64,000 nt of DNA from NCBI GenBank assembly GCA_965243025.1, contig CBDETY010000003.1, positions 1,504,001 to 1,568,000 on the forward strand, written 5' to 3'. The stretch comes from Candidatus Latescibacterota bacterium. GTDB lineage: Bacteria > Latescibacterota > UBA2968 > UBA8231. A model generated the notes under the pieces. The model worked only from the letters and a program-made list of their open reading frames with translations, ran no database searches and was not told where the DNA came from. This document shows, in pieces, positions 40,882-50,484 of the stretch. A program made the position numbers and the translations under genes. Every line of letters begins with the position of its first letter. Positions within the stretch are counted from its first letter, which is position 1.

Positions 40882-41637
40882 GTGGCAGAGCTCAGGTTCG
40901 CCGCTCCCCAGGAGCGCCGCGTCGCCCTCGTGACCGGGGGGGCCAGGGGTATCGGCCGCGCCATCGCCCTGCGGCTGGCCGCCGACGGCCGCGACCTGGT
41001 CATTGCCGACATCCTCGAGGAGGAGGCGGCCGGGACCGTGGAGGCGGTCCGCGGTCGGGGTCGGGAGGCGGTTTTCGTGCGCACCGACGTCGCCGACGAG
41101 CCGGCGGTGCGCTCCTGCGTCGAGGCGGCGGCCGGGCATTTCGGCCGCCTCGACATCCTCGTCTGCTGCGCCGGCATCCTGGGACTGGAAGCCGATTTCC
41201 TCGAGCAGTCCCCGGCCCAGTTCGACAAGGTCCTGAAGATCAACCTCTACGGCGCATACTACGCGCACCAGGCCGCCATCCCCCACATGCTCGAGGGCGG
41301 CTGGGGACGCTGCCTGTCGATCACCTCGGGCGCCCGCAACGGGTCGCCCCGCCAGGTCCCGTACTGCGTATCGAAAGCGGCCCTGTTCTGCTTCGTGCGC
41401 TCCCTCGGCAACGCCTATCCCGGGCAGGGTGTCTTCGTCAACGGGCTGGAGCCGGGGCGCGCCCTGACCGAGATGGTCGTTCCGCGGTTTTCCGAGGAGC
41501 ATCTCGCCAACCCCGGAACCCCGGTGGGCCGCTACTCCGATCCCGAAGAGGTGGCCGAGGTCGCCGCCTTCCTCTGCTCGGAGCGCAACACCTACACCAC
41601 CGGGTCGATCTGGAGCGTCAAGGGAGGCAGCGGCTGA
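40882..41637 (+). CDS. Short-chain dehydrogenase/reductase
   Basis: VTGGARGIG, LDILVCCAG, YCVSK. GTG start at 40882 inferred. Confidence 0.88.
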   Translation: MAELRFAAPQERRVALVTGGARGIGRAIALRLAADGRDLVIADILEEEAAGTVEAVRGRGREAVFVRTDVADEPAVRSCVEAAAGHFGRLDILVCCAGILGLEADFLEQSPAQFDKVLKINLYGAYYAHQAAIPHMLEGGWGRCLSITSGARNGSPRQVPYCVSKAALFCFVRSLGNAYPGQGVFVNGLEPGRALTEMVVPRFSEEHLANPGTPVGRYSDPEEVAEVAAFLCSERNTYTTGSIWSVKGGSG

Positions 41638-41642
41638 CCGAA

Positions 41643-43529
41643 GTGGCCCCCCTTCCGACGGTGCTGTTCGATTCCCGTGACGGGGCGGGGGGCTGGGCTT
41701 CCCGCTTTTCCGGTTTTTGCGGGGAGGTCGAGGCCCGCTCCCAGGGCGAGGTTGCCACCGCTCTGGAAGAAGTGGAAGGGGCGGTTGCCGGGGGCCTTCA
41801 CGCCGCCGGGTTCGTTTCCTACGAAGCCGCCCCCGCCCTCGACGAGGCGATGCGCACCCGCTCCCCCGGGTCCCTGCCCCTGCTCTGGTTCGGCCTGTTC
41901 TCTGAACGCCGTGAGCCGGCCGGTGACCTGCCGTCCTCCCCCCCGGCAGGCGCATGTGCCGCCGGCTCCTGGGAGCCGTCGATGGAGCGGTCCGCCTACG
42001 CCGCCGCGGTTGCGGAGATCCACCGCTGCATCGTCGCCGGCGATACCTACCAGGTCAACTTCACAACCCGGCTGCGCGCCCCGGTCGCCGGGGATCTTCT
42101 CGCTCTCCACAGCGATATCTGCGCGGCCCAGGGCTCGGGTTACTGCGCCTTCATCGACATCGGTTCGCACGCGATTCTGTCCGCCTCTCCGGAGCTGTTC
42201 TTCTCCCTGGGAGAGGGACGGCTGCGGGCGCGGCCGATGAAGGGGACCCGCCCGCGCGGCCGCTGGCTCGAGGAGGACCGGGCCCTTGCCGGGGAGCTCG
42301 CCTCCGACCCCAAGGAACGGGCCGAGAACGTCATGATCGTCGACCTGCTGCGGAACGATCTCGGGCGCGTCTCCACGGCCGGCTCGGTCGCGGTCCCGGA
42401 CCTGTGGCAGGTGGAGCGGTATGAGACCGTTCATCAGCTCGTCTCCCGAATCGAATCGGAGATCGAGCCGGGCACGACCTTGCGGGAACTGTTCTCCGCC
42501 CTGTTCCCCAGCGGTTCGGTCACCGGGGCCCCCAAGGTCCGCACCATGGAGCTGATCGCCGAGCTCGAGACCTCGCCCCGCGGGATTTATACCGGTTGCA
42601 TCGGGTACCTCTCCCCGGGAGGAGGTACCCGCGGACCGGGGGCCTCCGGACGGGGAGTCGCGGCCATGGAAGCCTGCTTCAGCGTCGCCATCAGGACGGT
42701 CTGCGTCGACCGCGCCCGCGCCCGGGCCGAGTACGGCGTCGGCAGCGGGGTCACCCATTACTCCTCGGCGGCCGCCGAGTTCGAGGAGTGCCGGATCAAG
42801 GCCCGGGTTCTCATCGAACGCCGGCCCCCGTTCGATCTGTTCGAGACCCTGCGGCTCGACGCCGGTGCTGGCGCCTCCGCTCGGGAGGGCGGATACTTTC
42901 TCCGCGACCGCCACATTGCCCGGCTGCTGGACTCGGCGGCCTACTTCGGTTTCGCATGCGATGGGGAGCGGGTGCTCGCCGCCCTCGAAGGCCATGCCGG
43001 CGGCCTGCGCCGGTCAGAAGGCGTGCACCGGGTCCGGCTGGTGCTTTCGCGGACCGGACAGGTGACGGTCGAGAGCCGGCCGCTCGCCCCGGGACCCGAG
43101 GGTCCGCTGCCGGCGGGGATCGCCAGGGATCCGGTGTCGAGCGACGACGTGTTCCTCTACCACAAGACGACCAACCGGCAGGCCTACGAGGAACGCCGGT
43201 CCCTTTGCGGCGCCGAAGAGGTGCTGCTGTGGAACGAGCGCGGAGAGCTCACCGAGACATCCGTCGGGAACGTCGTCGTCGTCTCGGAAGGCAGGCGATG
43301 GACGCCCCCGCGCGAGTGCGGGCTGCTGGCCGGGACCTACCGGAACCTGCTTCTGGAGCAGGGGGAGATCGAGGAGCGGGTGATTGCCGTCGACGAGCTG
43401 AAAGAGGAGGTCTCCGAGCTGTTCATGGTCAACTCCGTGCGCGGTTGGGTTCCTCTCGAGCTCGCCGGCAGCGGGGCATCGGGCGAGGCGCGGGAACTCG
43501 AGCTCGCCGCAGACATGGGAGCAGGCTGA
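41643..43529 (+). CDS. pabB: Aminodeoxychorismate synthase component I fused to class IV aminotransferase (PabB-PabC)
   Basis: GDTYQVN, SASPELF, RPMKGT, KERAENVMIVDLLRNDLG, FPSGSVTGAPK; C-terminal HKTTNR, GELTE, GLLAGT, NSVRG. Confidence 0.92.
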   Translation: MAPLPTVLFDSRDGAGGWASRFSGFCGEVEARSQGEVATALEEVEGAVAGGLHAAGFVSYEAAPALDEAMRTRSPGSLPLLWFGLFSERREPAGDLPSSPPAGACAAGSWEPSMERSAYAAAVAEIHRCIVAGDTYQVNFTTRLRAPVAGDLLALHSDICAAQGSGYCAFIDIGSHAILSASPELFFSLGEGRLRARPMKGTRPRGRWLEEDRALAGELASDPKERAENVMIVDLLRNDLGRVSTAGSVAVPDLWQVERYETVHQLVSRIESEIEPGTTLRELFSALFPSGSVTGAPKVRTMELIAELETSPRGIYTGCIGYLSPGGGTRGPGASGRGVAAMEACFSVAIRTVCVDRARARAEYGVGSGVTHYSSAAAEFEECRIKARVLIERRPPFDLFETLRLDAGAGASAREGGYFLRDRHIARLLDSAAYFGFACDGERVLAALEGHAGGLRRSEGVHRVRLVLSRTGQVTVESRPLAPGPEGPLPAGIARDPVSSDDVFLYHKTTNRQAYEERRSLCGAEEVLLWNERGELTETSVGNVVVVSEGRRWTPPRECGLLAGTYRNLLLEQGEIEERVIAVDELKEEVSELFMVNSVRGWVPLELAGSGASGEARELELAADMGAG

Positions 43530-44692
43530 TGTACAGAATGGGCGAAGCGGAGCTGAAGCGGCTGCGCAGGCTGATCGAAAGCGGCAAAATGTACCGCTAC
43601 GAAGGGGGGGAGTGCGATCTCTTCGAGGAACGGTGGGCGCGGCACGTCGGGGTCCGGTACGCGCGCATGACGCGCAGCGGCACCGCGGCGATCTACACGG
43701 CCCTGATCGGGCTCGGGGTCGGTCCCGGCGACCAGGTGATCGTGCCGGCCTACACCTACATGGCCACCGCCCTCGGGATCGTCAACGCCGGGGCGATTCC
43801 GGTGGTCGCCGACGTCGACGAGTCCCTCACCCTGTCGCCCCAGGATCTCGAGAGGAGAATCACCCCGCATACCCGCGCCGTGATTCCCGTGCACATGTGC
43901 GGCCTGTCCTGCGACATGAACGCGATCATGAAGATCGCCCGCAGCCGCGGCCTGCTCGTGCTCGAGGACGCCTGCCAGGCGGTGGGGGGCGGGTACCGGG
44001 GGCGCAAGCTCGGCTCCATCGGCCACGCCGGGGCCTTCAGCTTCAACTTCTTCAAGAACATCTCCTGCGGAGAGGGGGGAGCCTTCGTCGCCAAGACCAG
44101 GAAGGTGTTCGACCGCGCCTCGGTTGCGGCCGACTGCTGCGCCTACTACTGGAACCCGGAGATTCACAGCGACGACGTGCAGTTCGCCGGCCACAACTTC
44201 CGCGCCTCCGAGTTCGAGGGGGCGATCATGAACGTGCAGCTGCGCCGCATCGACGGCATCCTGTCGCGCATGCGGGAGCACAAGAAAGCGGTGACCGCCG
44301 CCGGAGAGGAGGCCGGCCTGCGCTCGATCCGCTGCAACAGCATCGACCACGAGTGCGGCTCCCACGCCGGGTTCCTGTTCGACGGCGAGGACCGGGCGCG
44401 CCGCTTCCGCGACCGCCTCGGGCAGGCCGGGGTCGGCTCGTTCCTGCCGATGGACACCGGGCGCCACGTGTACACCCGCTGGCATCCGATCCTGAGGGAG
44501 CAGGGATCGCACCACCCGGCGCTCGATCCCTTCAAGATTCCGGCCAACCGCCGCTGCAAGGTGAACTACTCCGAGGATATGTGCCGCGATTCCCTCGACA
44601 TCCTCGCGCGCGCCGTCCTCATCGGCATGCATCCCGACAACCCGCGCCCGCGGGTGCGCGCCATCTGCAAGGCCGTGGCCGCGGCCGCCTGA
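43529..44692 (+). CDS. DegT/DnrJ/EryC1/StrS aminotransferase
   Basis: SGTAA, VPAYTYMAT, PVHM, EDACQA, FSFNFFKNISCGEGG. TGATG overlap with pabB. Confidence 0.9.
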   Translation: MYRMGEAELKRLRRLIESGKMYRYEGGECDLFEERWARHVGVRYARMTRSGTAAIYTALIGLGVGPGDQVIVPAYTYMATALGIVNAGAIPVVADVDESLTLSPQDLERRITPHTRAVIPVHMCGLSCDMNAIMKIARSRGLLVLEDACQAVGGGYRGRKLGSIGHAGAFSFNFFKNISCGEGGAFVAKTRKVFDRASVAADCCAYYWNPEIHSDDVQFAGHNFRASEFEGAIMNVQLRRIDGILSRMREHKKAVTAAGEEAGLRSIRCNSIDHECGSHAGFLFDGEDRARRFRDRLGQAGVGSFLPMDTGRHVYTRWHPILREQGSHHPALDPFKIPANRRCKVNYSEDMCRDSLDILARAVLIGMHPDNPRPRVRAICKAVAAAA

Positions 44693-44728
44693 GAAACCGA
44701 CAACCAAATACTGTATCCGAGGCCCGAA

Positions 44729-46039
44729 ATGCACGCGACAGCCCGAACCCTGACCATCCTCGTTTTCTCCGCATTTGTCTGGTGCCCTCCCGCCGGTTCC
44801 GAGGCCGGAAAATCGATCACCATCTGGTGGGCGCAGTGGGACCCCGCGGTGGGACTGCAGAAGCTGGGTGACGAGTTCGCCGCCGAGACCGGCATCGCGG
44901 TCGAGGTGCACCAGATTCCCTGGGCTTCATACCAGGACCAGGTGTTCCTCAACTTCGGCAACAGGCAGACCGACTTCGACATCGTCGTCGGCGACAGCCA
45001 GTGGATCGGCCGCGGCGCCACCCGGGGCCTCTACCTCGAGCTTACCGACTGGTTGCCGCAGCACGTCGACATCGAGGCCATTCACCCCCTCGCGCGCCGT
45101 TTCCTGATGGAGTATCCCCCGGGAAGCGGCAGGTATTTCGCCGCCCCCTGCGAGACCGACGCCCTCGGCTTCGTGTACCGCAGGGACTGGTTCGAGGACC
45201 CTGCCGAGCAGGCGGCGTTCGCGGCGAAGTACGGCCGCCCCCTTCAGCCCCCCGACACCTGGCAGGAGTTCGGCGAGGTCGCCGGGTTCTTCCACCGCCC
45301 GGATGAGAAGCGCTACGGCTGCGCCCTGCTGACCGGCCGCGGCTACGACTCGCTGGTGATGGGCTTCCAGCCTTTCCTTGGGGCCTGGGGCGGTTCCTGG
45401 GGGAACCGGGAGACCTTCGAGGTCGCCGGCCACGTCAACAGCCCGGAGGCGGCCGCCGGGCTGCAGTACCTGATCGAACTGCTGCAGTTCGCTCCCCCGG
45501 GAGGGGTCAGCGCCGATTACATGCAGGTTCTCGACGCCTTCATGAACGGGTCGACGGCGATGGTCCTCGACTACTTTCCGTTCTACCCGGGGATCGTCGA
45601 CGCCATGGGAGACAAGGCCGGGTTCTTCCTGGTACCCCGCAACGGCGACCGCCGCGTCATCAGCCTCGGGGGCCAGGGGTTCAGCATTTCGACCAAGGTT
45701 CCCGCCGGACAGCAGGAGCTCGCAAGGCAGTTCATCGCCTGGTTCTCGCGCACCGAGGTAAAGGAGCGCTGGATCACCCACCCGGGCTGCTTCACCGCCA
45801 ACACCGAGCTGCTCGCCAGCGAGGCGTTCGCCGGGGCCTACCCGTTCAACGCCGTGTTCGCCCAGTCGCTCGACTACCTGATCGACTTCTGGAACGTGCC
45901 GGTGTACAACGAGCTGCTGGCGGCCGCGCAGCGCAATCTCGGAGAGGCCCTCGACGGGGCGAAGGAGCCGCAGGCCGCCCTCGACCAGCTCGCCGCCGAG
46001 CACGAGATGATCATGCGCCAGGCCGGCCTGCTCGAATAG
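44729..46039 (+). CDS. Sugar/polyol ABC transporter substrate-binding protein
   Basis: Signal peptide, DIVVGDSQWIG, YRRDWF, PDTW, LGGQG. Confidence 0.9.
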   Translation: MHATARTLTILVFSAFVWCPPAGSEAGKSITIWWAQWDPAVGLQKLGDEFAAETGIAVEVHQIPWASYQDQVFLNFGNRQTDFDIVVGDSQWIGRGATRGLYLELTDWLPQHVDIEAIHPLARRFLMEYPPGSGRYFAAPCETDALGFVYRRDWFEDPAEQAAFAAKYGRPLQPPDTWQEFGEVAGFFHRPDEKRYGCALLTGRGYDSLVMGFQPFLGAWGGSWGNRETFEVAGHVNSPEAAAGLQYLIELLQFAPPGGVSADYMQVLDAFMNGSTAMVLDYFPFYPGIVDAMGDKAGFFLVPRNGDRRVISLGGQGFSISTKVPAGQQELARQFIAWFSRTEVKERWITHPGCFTANTELLASEAFAGAYPFNAVFAQSLDYLIDFWNVPVYNELLAAAQRNLGEALDGAKEPQAALDQLAAEHEMIMRQAGLLE

Positions 46040-46055
46040 CGGCCTCCCCGCCTGA

Positions 46056-46277
46056 CAGCCCGTTGATGAAGTTGCTCTGCAGGCGAGGCCGAGTCATGGC
46101 GGTCGAAGACTTGGGGCAGAAAAATCACGAAATCGGATCCGACTCCCACCTGGATTTTTCTGCCCCAACAAGGGCGCGCGACCGGGTCGAATCGCAGGGG
46201 ATTCGGGGAGGGAGCGCAACGATGTATTTCGACCGCCAGGGCCGGCCGCAGCCCGGACGGACTTTTTCAACGGGCCG
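46056..46277. mobile_element. MITE-like non-autonomous element (222 bp)
   Basis: Terminal inverted repeats CAGCCCGTTGATGAAGT (46056-72) / ACTTTTTCAACGGGCCG (46261-77), 14/17 match. Flanking direct repeat CTGA at 46052-55 and 46278-81. Internal perfect IRs of 16 bp and 11 bp. Confidence 0.75.
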
Positions 46278-46283
46278 CTGAGA

Positions 46284-47228
46284 GTGCCTGCCGCATCCGC
46301 ACCCGGCAGGGCCCCGGGCGCCGCCCGGCGCGGGCGGGAGGGAGGGAGGTGGCTGGCGTACGGATTCGTCGCCCCCGCCCTGGTCGTCCTCATCGGCGTC
46401 AACGTATTCCCCCTCCTCTACAGCCTCGTTCTCAGCTTCTCGAACGCCGAGCTGACCGGCGGCGGCTACCGGATGATCGGCACCCTCAACTACAGCTTCG
46501 TCTTCCTCGACCCGAAGTACGCCGCCGCCTTCCGCACCACCGCCCTGTTCGTCGCCGCCGCGGTTTCCGTCGAGCTGCTGCTCGGGTACGGCCTCGCCCT
46601 GGGGCTGCGCGGGGACTTTCGCGGCAAGGCGGCGGTTCTGACCCTGCTCCTGGTCCCGATGATGCTGCCGCCGGCGGTGATCGGGCTGTTCTGGAAGCTG
46701 ATCCTCAACGGCAGCTACGGCGTCCTCAACCAGGCGCTGGGAACGCTGGGCCTGCCGCAGCCGCAGTGGATAACCGATCCCGGCCTCAAGCTGTTCTCGG
46801 TGCTGGTGATCGACATCTGGATGTGGACTCCTTTCATGCTGCTGATCTCGCTTGCCGCCCTCAACTCGATTCCCGCCGCGGTCTACGAGGCCGCCGCGAT
46901 CGATCGCGCCTCGCCCTGGAAGCTGTTCCGCCGCATCACCCTGCCCATGTCGGCGCCGCTGGTCGGCCTCGCGGTGCTGCTGCGGGCCACCGACGCGATC
47001 AAGCAGTTCGACCTCGTGATGGCGATCACCGGGCCCAACGACGGCTCCACGCAGACCCTGAGCGCCCTGCTCTACCAGGTGATGTTCCGCGACGGCAAGG
47101 TGGGCTTGAGCTCGGCGTACTCCTACGTCGTCCTGGTGGTCGTCATCGCCCTGGCCACGGTCTTCATCCGCTACCTGCACGGCCAGCAGGGCCGCAGCCT
47201 GCAGGGCGGCCGCGGGGAGGCGGCGTGA
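46284..47228 (+). CDS. Carbohydrate ABC transporter permease
   Basis: TM helices, DIWMWTPF, EAA loop VYEAAAIDRAS, ITLP. Confidence 0.93.
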   Translation: MPAASAPGRAPGAARRGREGGRWLAYGFVAPALVVLIGVNVFPLLYSLVLSFSNAELTGGGYRMIGTLNYSFVFLDPKYAAAFRTTALFVAAAVSVELLLGYGLALGLRGDFRGKAAVLTLLLVPMMLPPAVIGLFWKLILNGSYGVLNQALGTLGLPQPQWITDPGLKLFSVLVIDIWMWTPFMLLISLAALNSIPAAVYEAAAIDRASPWKLFRRITLPMSAPLVGLAVLLRATDAIKQFDLVMAITGPNDGSTQTLSALLYQVMFRDGKVGLSSAYSYVVLVVVIALATVFIRYLHGQQGRSLQGGRGEAA

Positions 47229-48082
47229 CCCCCCTGAGGATCCTTTTCATCGCCGCGTACGGGGCGGTCTCCCTGATGCCGCTCGCCTGGCTCGGGCTCA
47301 CCTCGTTCAAGTCCAAGGCGGACAGCATCAGCACGACAGCGAAGTTCCTGCCCGCGGCGGCCGGGACCGCCGAAGGCATCCGCTTCAAACCCACCCTCGA
47401 CGGCTACCGGCGCCTCGGCGAGCGCTACGCCGGGGCCCGGCACGACTACTTCCACCACCTGCTCAACACCGTCCTCATCGGGCTCGCGAGCACGGCAGCG
47501 GCCGTTTCGCTGGGCACGACCTGCGCCTACGGATTCAGCCGCTTCCGCATCCCCGGTTCCCGGGACTGGCTGTTCTTCATCCTCTCGACCCGCTTCCTGC
47601 CGCCGCTCGCCGTGGTGATCCCGGTGCTGATGATGTACCGGCAGTTCGACCTGCAGAACACCCACGCCGGGCTGGTCCTCCTCTACACCGCCTTCAACCT
47701 GTCGCTGGCGGTCTGGCTGATGAAGGGGTTCATCGACGAGGTGCCTGCCGCATTCGAGGAGGCCGCCCTGGTCGACGGGTACTCGCGCCTGCAGGCCTTC
47801 CGGCTCGTCGTAGTGCCGCGCGTGCTTCCCGGGATGGCGGTGACCGCGGTGTTCTGCATGATCTCGGCCTGGAACGAGTACGGTTTCGCCATGACCCTGA
47901 ACAACCGGGAAGCGGTAACCGTGCCCGTCTACTTCGCCGGGCTTCAGGGTAACGTTCAGGGCCTTCCGTGGTCGCAGATCGGGGCGGGGGTGCTGCTGTT
48001 CGTGCTGCCGATCATCCTGTTCACGGTGCTGGTGCGCCGCCACCTCCTCAGGGGGGTGACCCTGGGGACGGTCAAGCGATGA
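47225..48082 (+). CDS. Carbohydrate ABC transporter permease
   Basis: GTGA overlap; AYGFSRF, FEEAALVDG, AWNEY, RHLLRG. Confidence 0.93.
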   Translation: MTPLRILFIAAYGAVSLMPLAWLGLTSFKSKADSISTTAKFLPAAAGTAEGIRFKPTLDGYRRLGERYAGARHDYFHHLLNTVLIGLASTAAAVSLGTTCAYGFSRFRIPGSRDWLFFILSTRFLPPLAVVIPVLMMYRQFDLQNTHAGLVLLYTAFNLSLAVWLMKGFIDEVPAAFEEAALVDGYSRLQAFRLVVVPRVLPGMAVTAVFCMISAWNEYGFAMTLNNREAVTVPVYFAGLQGNVQGLPWSQIGAGVLLFVLPIILFTVLVRRHLLRGVTLGTVKR

Positions 48083-48279
48083 TCCGCGGCCTCGACCTCC
48101 TGGCGCGGGCCGGCCTGGCGGCGGGAATCGCGATGATGCTGCAGCCGTGGTGGGCGGCGGGTTTCCGTTGGGGCTTCTTCGTCACCGCCGCCTTCACCCT
48201 CCTCCACATCGCGACCAGCCGCCTGCAGTTCCGGGGCCCGGACCGCGAGAGCCCGTCCCTGCCCGGGAGCGGCGAATGA
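48079..48279 (+). CDS. Small membrane protein (66 aa), ABC transporter accessory
   Basis: Two hydrophobic helices (GIAMMLQPW, GFFVTAAFTLLHI); ATGA overlaps at both ends. Confidence 0.75.
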   Translation: MIRGLDLLARAGLAAGIAMMLQPWWAAGFRWGFFVTAAFTLLHIATSRLQFRGPDRESPSLPGSGE

Positions 48280-49352
48280 GCTTTCTCGAGATCGAGGGGC
48301 TGACCAGGATCTTCCCCGGCGGCGTCGAGGCGGTCGCCGGCATCGACCTCGCCTGCGAGGAGGGGGAGTTCGTCGTCCTGCTGGGGCCTTCCGGATGCGG
48401 CAAGACCACCACCCTGAGAATGCTCGCCGGCCTGGAGACCCCGACCAGCGGGCAGATACGGATCGCAGGGGAACCTGTGGAGGGCCTCCCGCCCCCCCGG
48501 CGCAACGTCGGCTTCGTCTTCCAGTTCTACGCCCTGTACCCGCACATGACCGTCGCGGAGAACGTCGGTTTCCCCCTCGAATGCGACGGCGTCGGCCGCG
48601 GCGAGCGCGGCGAACGGGTCGGCGCCCTGCTCGAGCAGATGCAGCTCTCCCACCTTGCCCGGCGCCGCCCAGGCCAGCTCGCCGGCGGCGATCAGCAGCG
48701 GGTCGCCCTCGCCAGGGCACTGGTTCGGCGGCCGCAGCTCTGGCTGATGGACGAGCCCCTGGGCACGCTCGACGCCGGCATGAGGGCGGAGATGCGCGAG
48801 CTGATCCGTGAGCGGCAGCTCGCCTCGGGGATCACCACCGTGTACGTGACCCACGACCAGGAGGAGGCGATGAGCCTGGCGGATCGCGTGGTGGTCATGG
48901 ACGCCGGCGAGATCTGCCAGGCCGGACCGCCCGCGGAGGTGTACGACGACCCCGGGAACCTGTTCGTCGCCAGCTTCATCGGCAGCCCGGGGATGAATTT
49001 CGCCGAAGGGGAGATCGGAGGAGAACCACCTGTGTTCACCGGCGCCCTCGACGGTGACGGCAGCGGCCGCTTCCCGGTGGAAGGGGGCAGGCCCGGCCCC
49101 GTCACCCTCGGTGTCCGCCCCGAGTTCCTGCGCCCCGACCTCTCCGGACCGCTGCCGGCCACCGTGGTCGTCGACGAGCTGCTCGGCCGCCATCGCAACC
49201 TCCACCTCGACACTCCGATCGGCAGGCTGATCATGCGCCTGGGCGGGGAATTCGCCGAAACGCCGGAGTACCGTCCGGGGGAGGGGCTCGGCGTCGCCCT
49301 CGACCGGGGGCATCTGCGCTTCTTCGATCGCGGCACCGGCCGCAGGATCTGA
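48276..49352 (+). CDS. Sugar ABC transporter ATP-binding protein
   Basis: Walker A GPSGCGKT, FQFYALYPHM, signature variant LAGGDQQR, Walker B LMDEP, VTHDQ. Confidence 0.95.
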   Translation: MSFLEIEGLTRIFPGGVEAVAGIDLACEEGEFVVLLGPSGCGKTTTLRMLAGLETPTSGQIRIAGEPVEGLPPPRRNVGFVFQFYALYPHMTVAENVGFPLECDGVGRGERGERVGALLEQMQLSHLARRRPGQLAGGDQQRVALARALVRRPQLWLMDEPLGTLDAGMRAEMRELIRERQLASGITTVYVTHDQEEAMSLADRVVVMDAGEICQAGPPAEVYDDPGNLFVASFIGSPGMNFAEGEIGGEPPVFTGALDGDGSGRFPVEGGRPGPVTLGVRPEFLRPDLSGPLPATVVVDELLGRHRNLHLDTPIGRLIMRLGGEFAETPEYRPGEGLGVALDRGHLRFFDRGTGRRI

Positions 49353-49354
49353 CC

Positions 49355-50413
49355 GTGGCGGTGCTGCAGATCGACGACCTCCACAAGCGGTTCGGCACTG
49401 CCGCCGCCCTGCAGGGGGTCGACCTGGCGCTCGGCGCCGACGAGACCGGGGTGGTTCTCGGGCCCACGGGTGCGGGAAAGACCACCCTGCTGCGCACCGT
49501 GGCCGGGCTGGAGACCCCGGACGCCGGCTCGATTCTCCTGGGCGGGGAGGAGGTCGCCGGCTGGTCCCCGGCGGAACGGGACGTCGCCCTGGTGTTCGAG
49601 AACTTCTCCCTCTACCCCGGCTGGACGGTGCGGCGCAACCTCGAGTTTCCCCTGCGCGCTCCGGGCCGGCGGGAGACTTCAAGGGAGATCGACGAGCGCG
49701 TGCGCTGGGCTGCGGGCATGCTGCGGATCGGGGACCTGCTCGACCGGAACGCGGAAAAGCTTTCGGGCGGGGAGATGCAGCGGGTTGCGATCGGCCGGGC
49801 GGTCGTGCGCCGGCCGCGGCTGTTCCTGCTGGACGAGCCGCTGACCAATCTCGACGCCAGGCTGCGCGAGGAACTGCGCGTCGAACTCGTGCTCCTGCGG
49901 CGCGAGATCGGCCTGCCGATGGTCTACGTCACCCACGACTGGAGCGAGGCCCTGGCGATGGGGGACCGGCTCTTCGTCCTCTCGGAGGGGAAGGTGCTGC
50001 AGCGGGGCACACCCCGGGAGGTGTACGAGCGGCCCGCCTCCCCCGCGGTGGCGCGGCAGCTGGGGCTGGCGGCGACCAACATCTTCCCCGTAGCGGTCGC
50101 CGAAGGCGCAGTGCGCCGCGCCGGGGCCGGGGATGCCCAGGGACTCGAGATCGGACAGGTCGATCCGGAGTCTCCTCCCGCCGCGGCGGAAGCGGTCCTG
50201 GGTATCCGGCCGGATGACATCGACCCGGCGGGTGGAAAACAGCCGGCGCGGGTGCTCGTCGTCGAGGATGCCGGGCCCCTGGTGAGGGTGCTGGCGGAAT
50301 GGGGGGGAGAGCCGATTCACCTCGCCCTCGAACGCGCCGCGCACCGTCCCTCGCCGGGAGAGACCATATACCCGCGGGCGCGCATGGACCGCGCCATCTG
50401 GTGGCCGCGGTAA
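49355..50413 (+). CDS. Sugar ABC transporter ATP-binding protein (second ATPase)
   Basis: GPTGAGKT, LSGGEMQR, LLDEP, VTHD. Confidence 0.95.
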   Translation: MAVLQIDDLHKRFGTAAALQGVDLALGADETGVVLGPTGAGKTTLLRTVAGLETPDAGSILLGGEEVAGWSPAERDVALVFENFSLYPGWTVRRNLEFPLRAPGRRETSREIDERVRWAAGMLRIGDLLDRNAEKLSGGEMQRVAIGRAVVRRPRLFLLDEPLTNLDARLREELRVELVLLRREIGLPMVYVTHDWSEALAMGDRLFVLSEGKVLQRGTPREVYERPASPAVARQLGLAATNIFPVAVAEGAVRRAGAGDAQGLEIGQVDPESPPAAAEAVLGIRPDDIDPAGGKQPARVLVVEDAGPLVRVLAEWGGEPIHLALERAAHRPSPGETIYPRARMDRAIWWPR

Positions 50414-50484
50414 CCTGGGGAAATCGAACCTCGGGGGTCCTTTCCGCCCCGAATGGCGGGAGACCAGGAGGGCGTCACCGGTAC

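Noticed and set aside
37513-41243. Very long ORFs (1011 aa, 574 aa) implying fusions
   Set aside because: The extensions are off-frame read-throughs over neighbouring genes; real starts are at 39504 and 40643.
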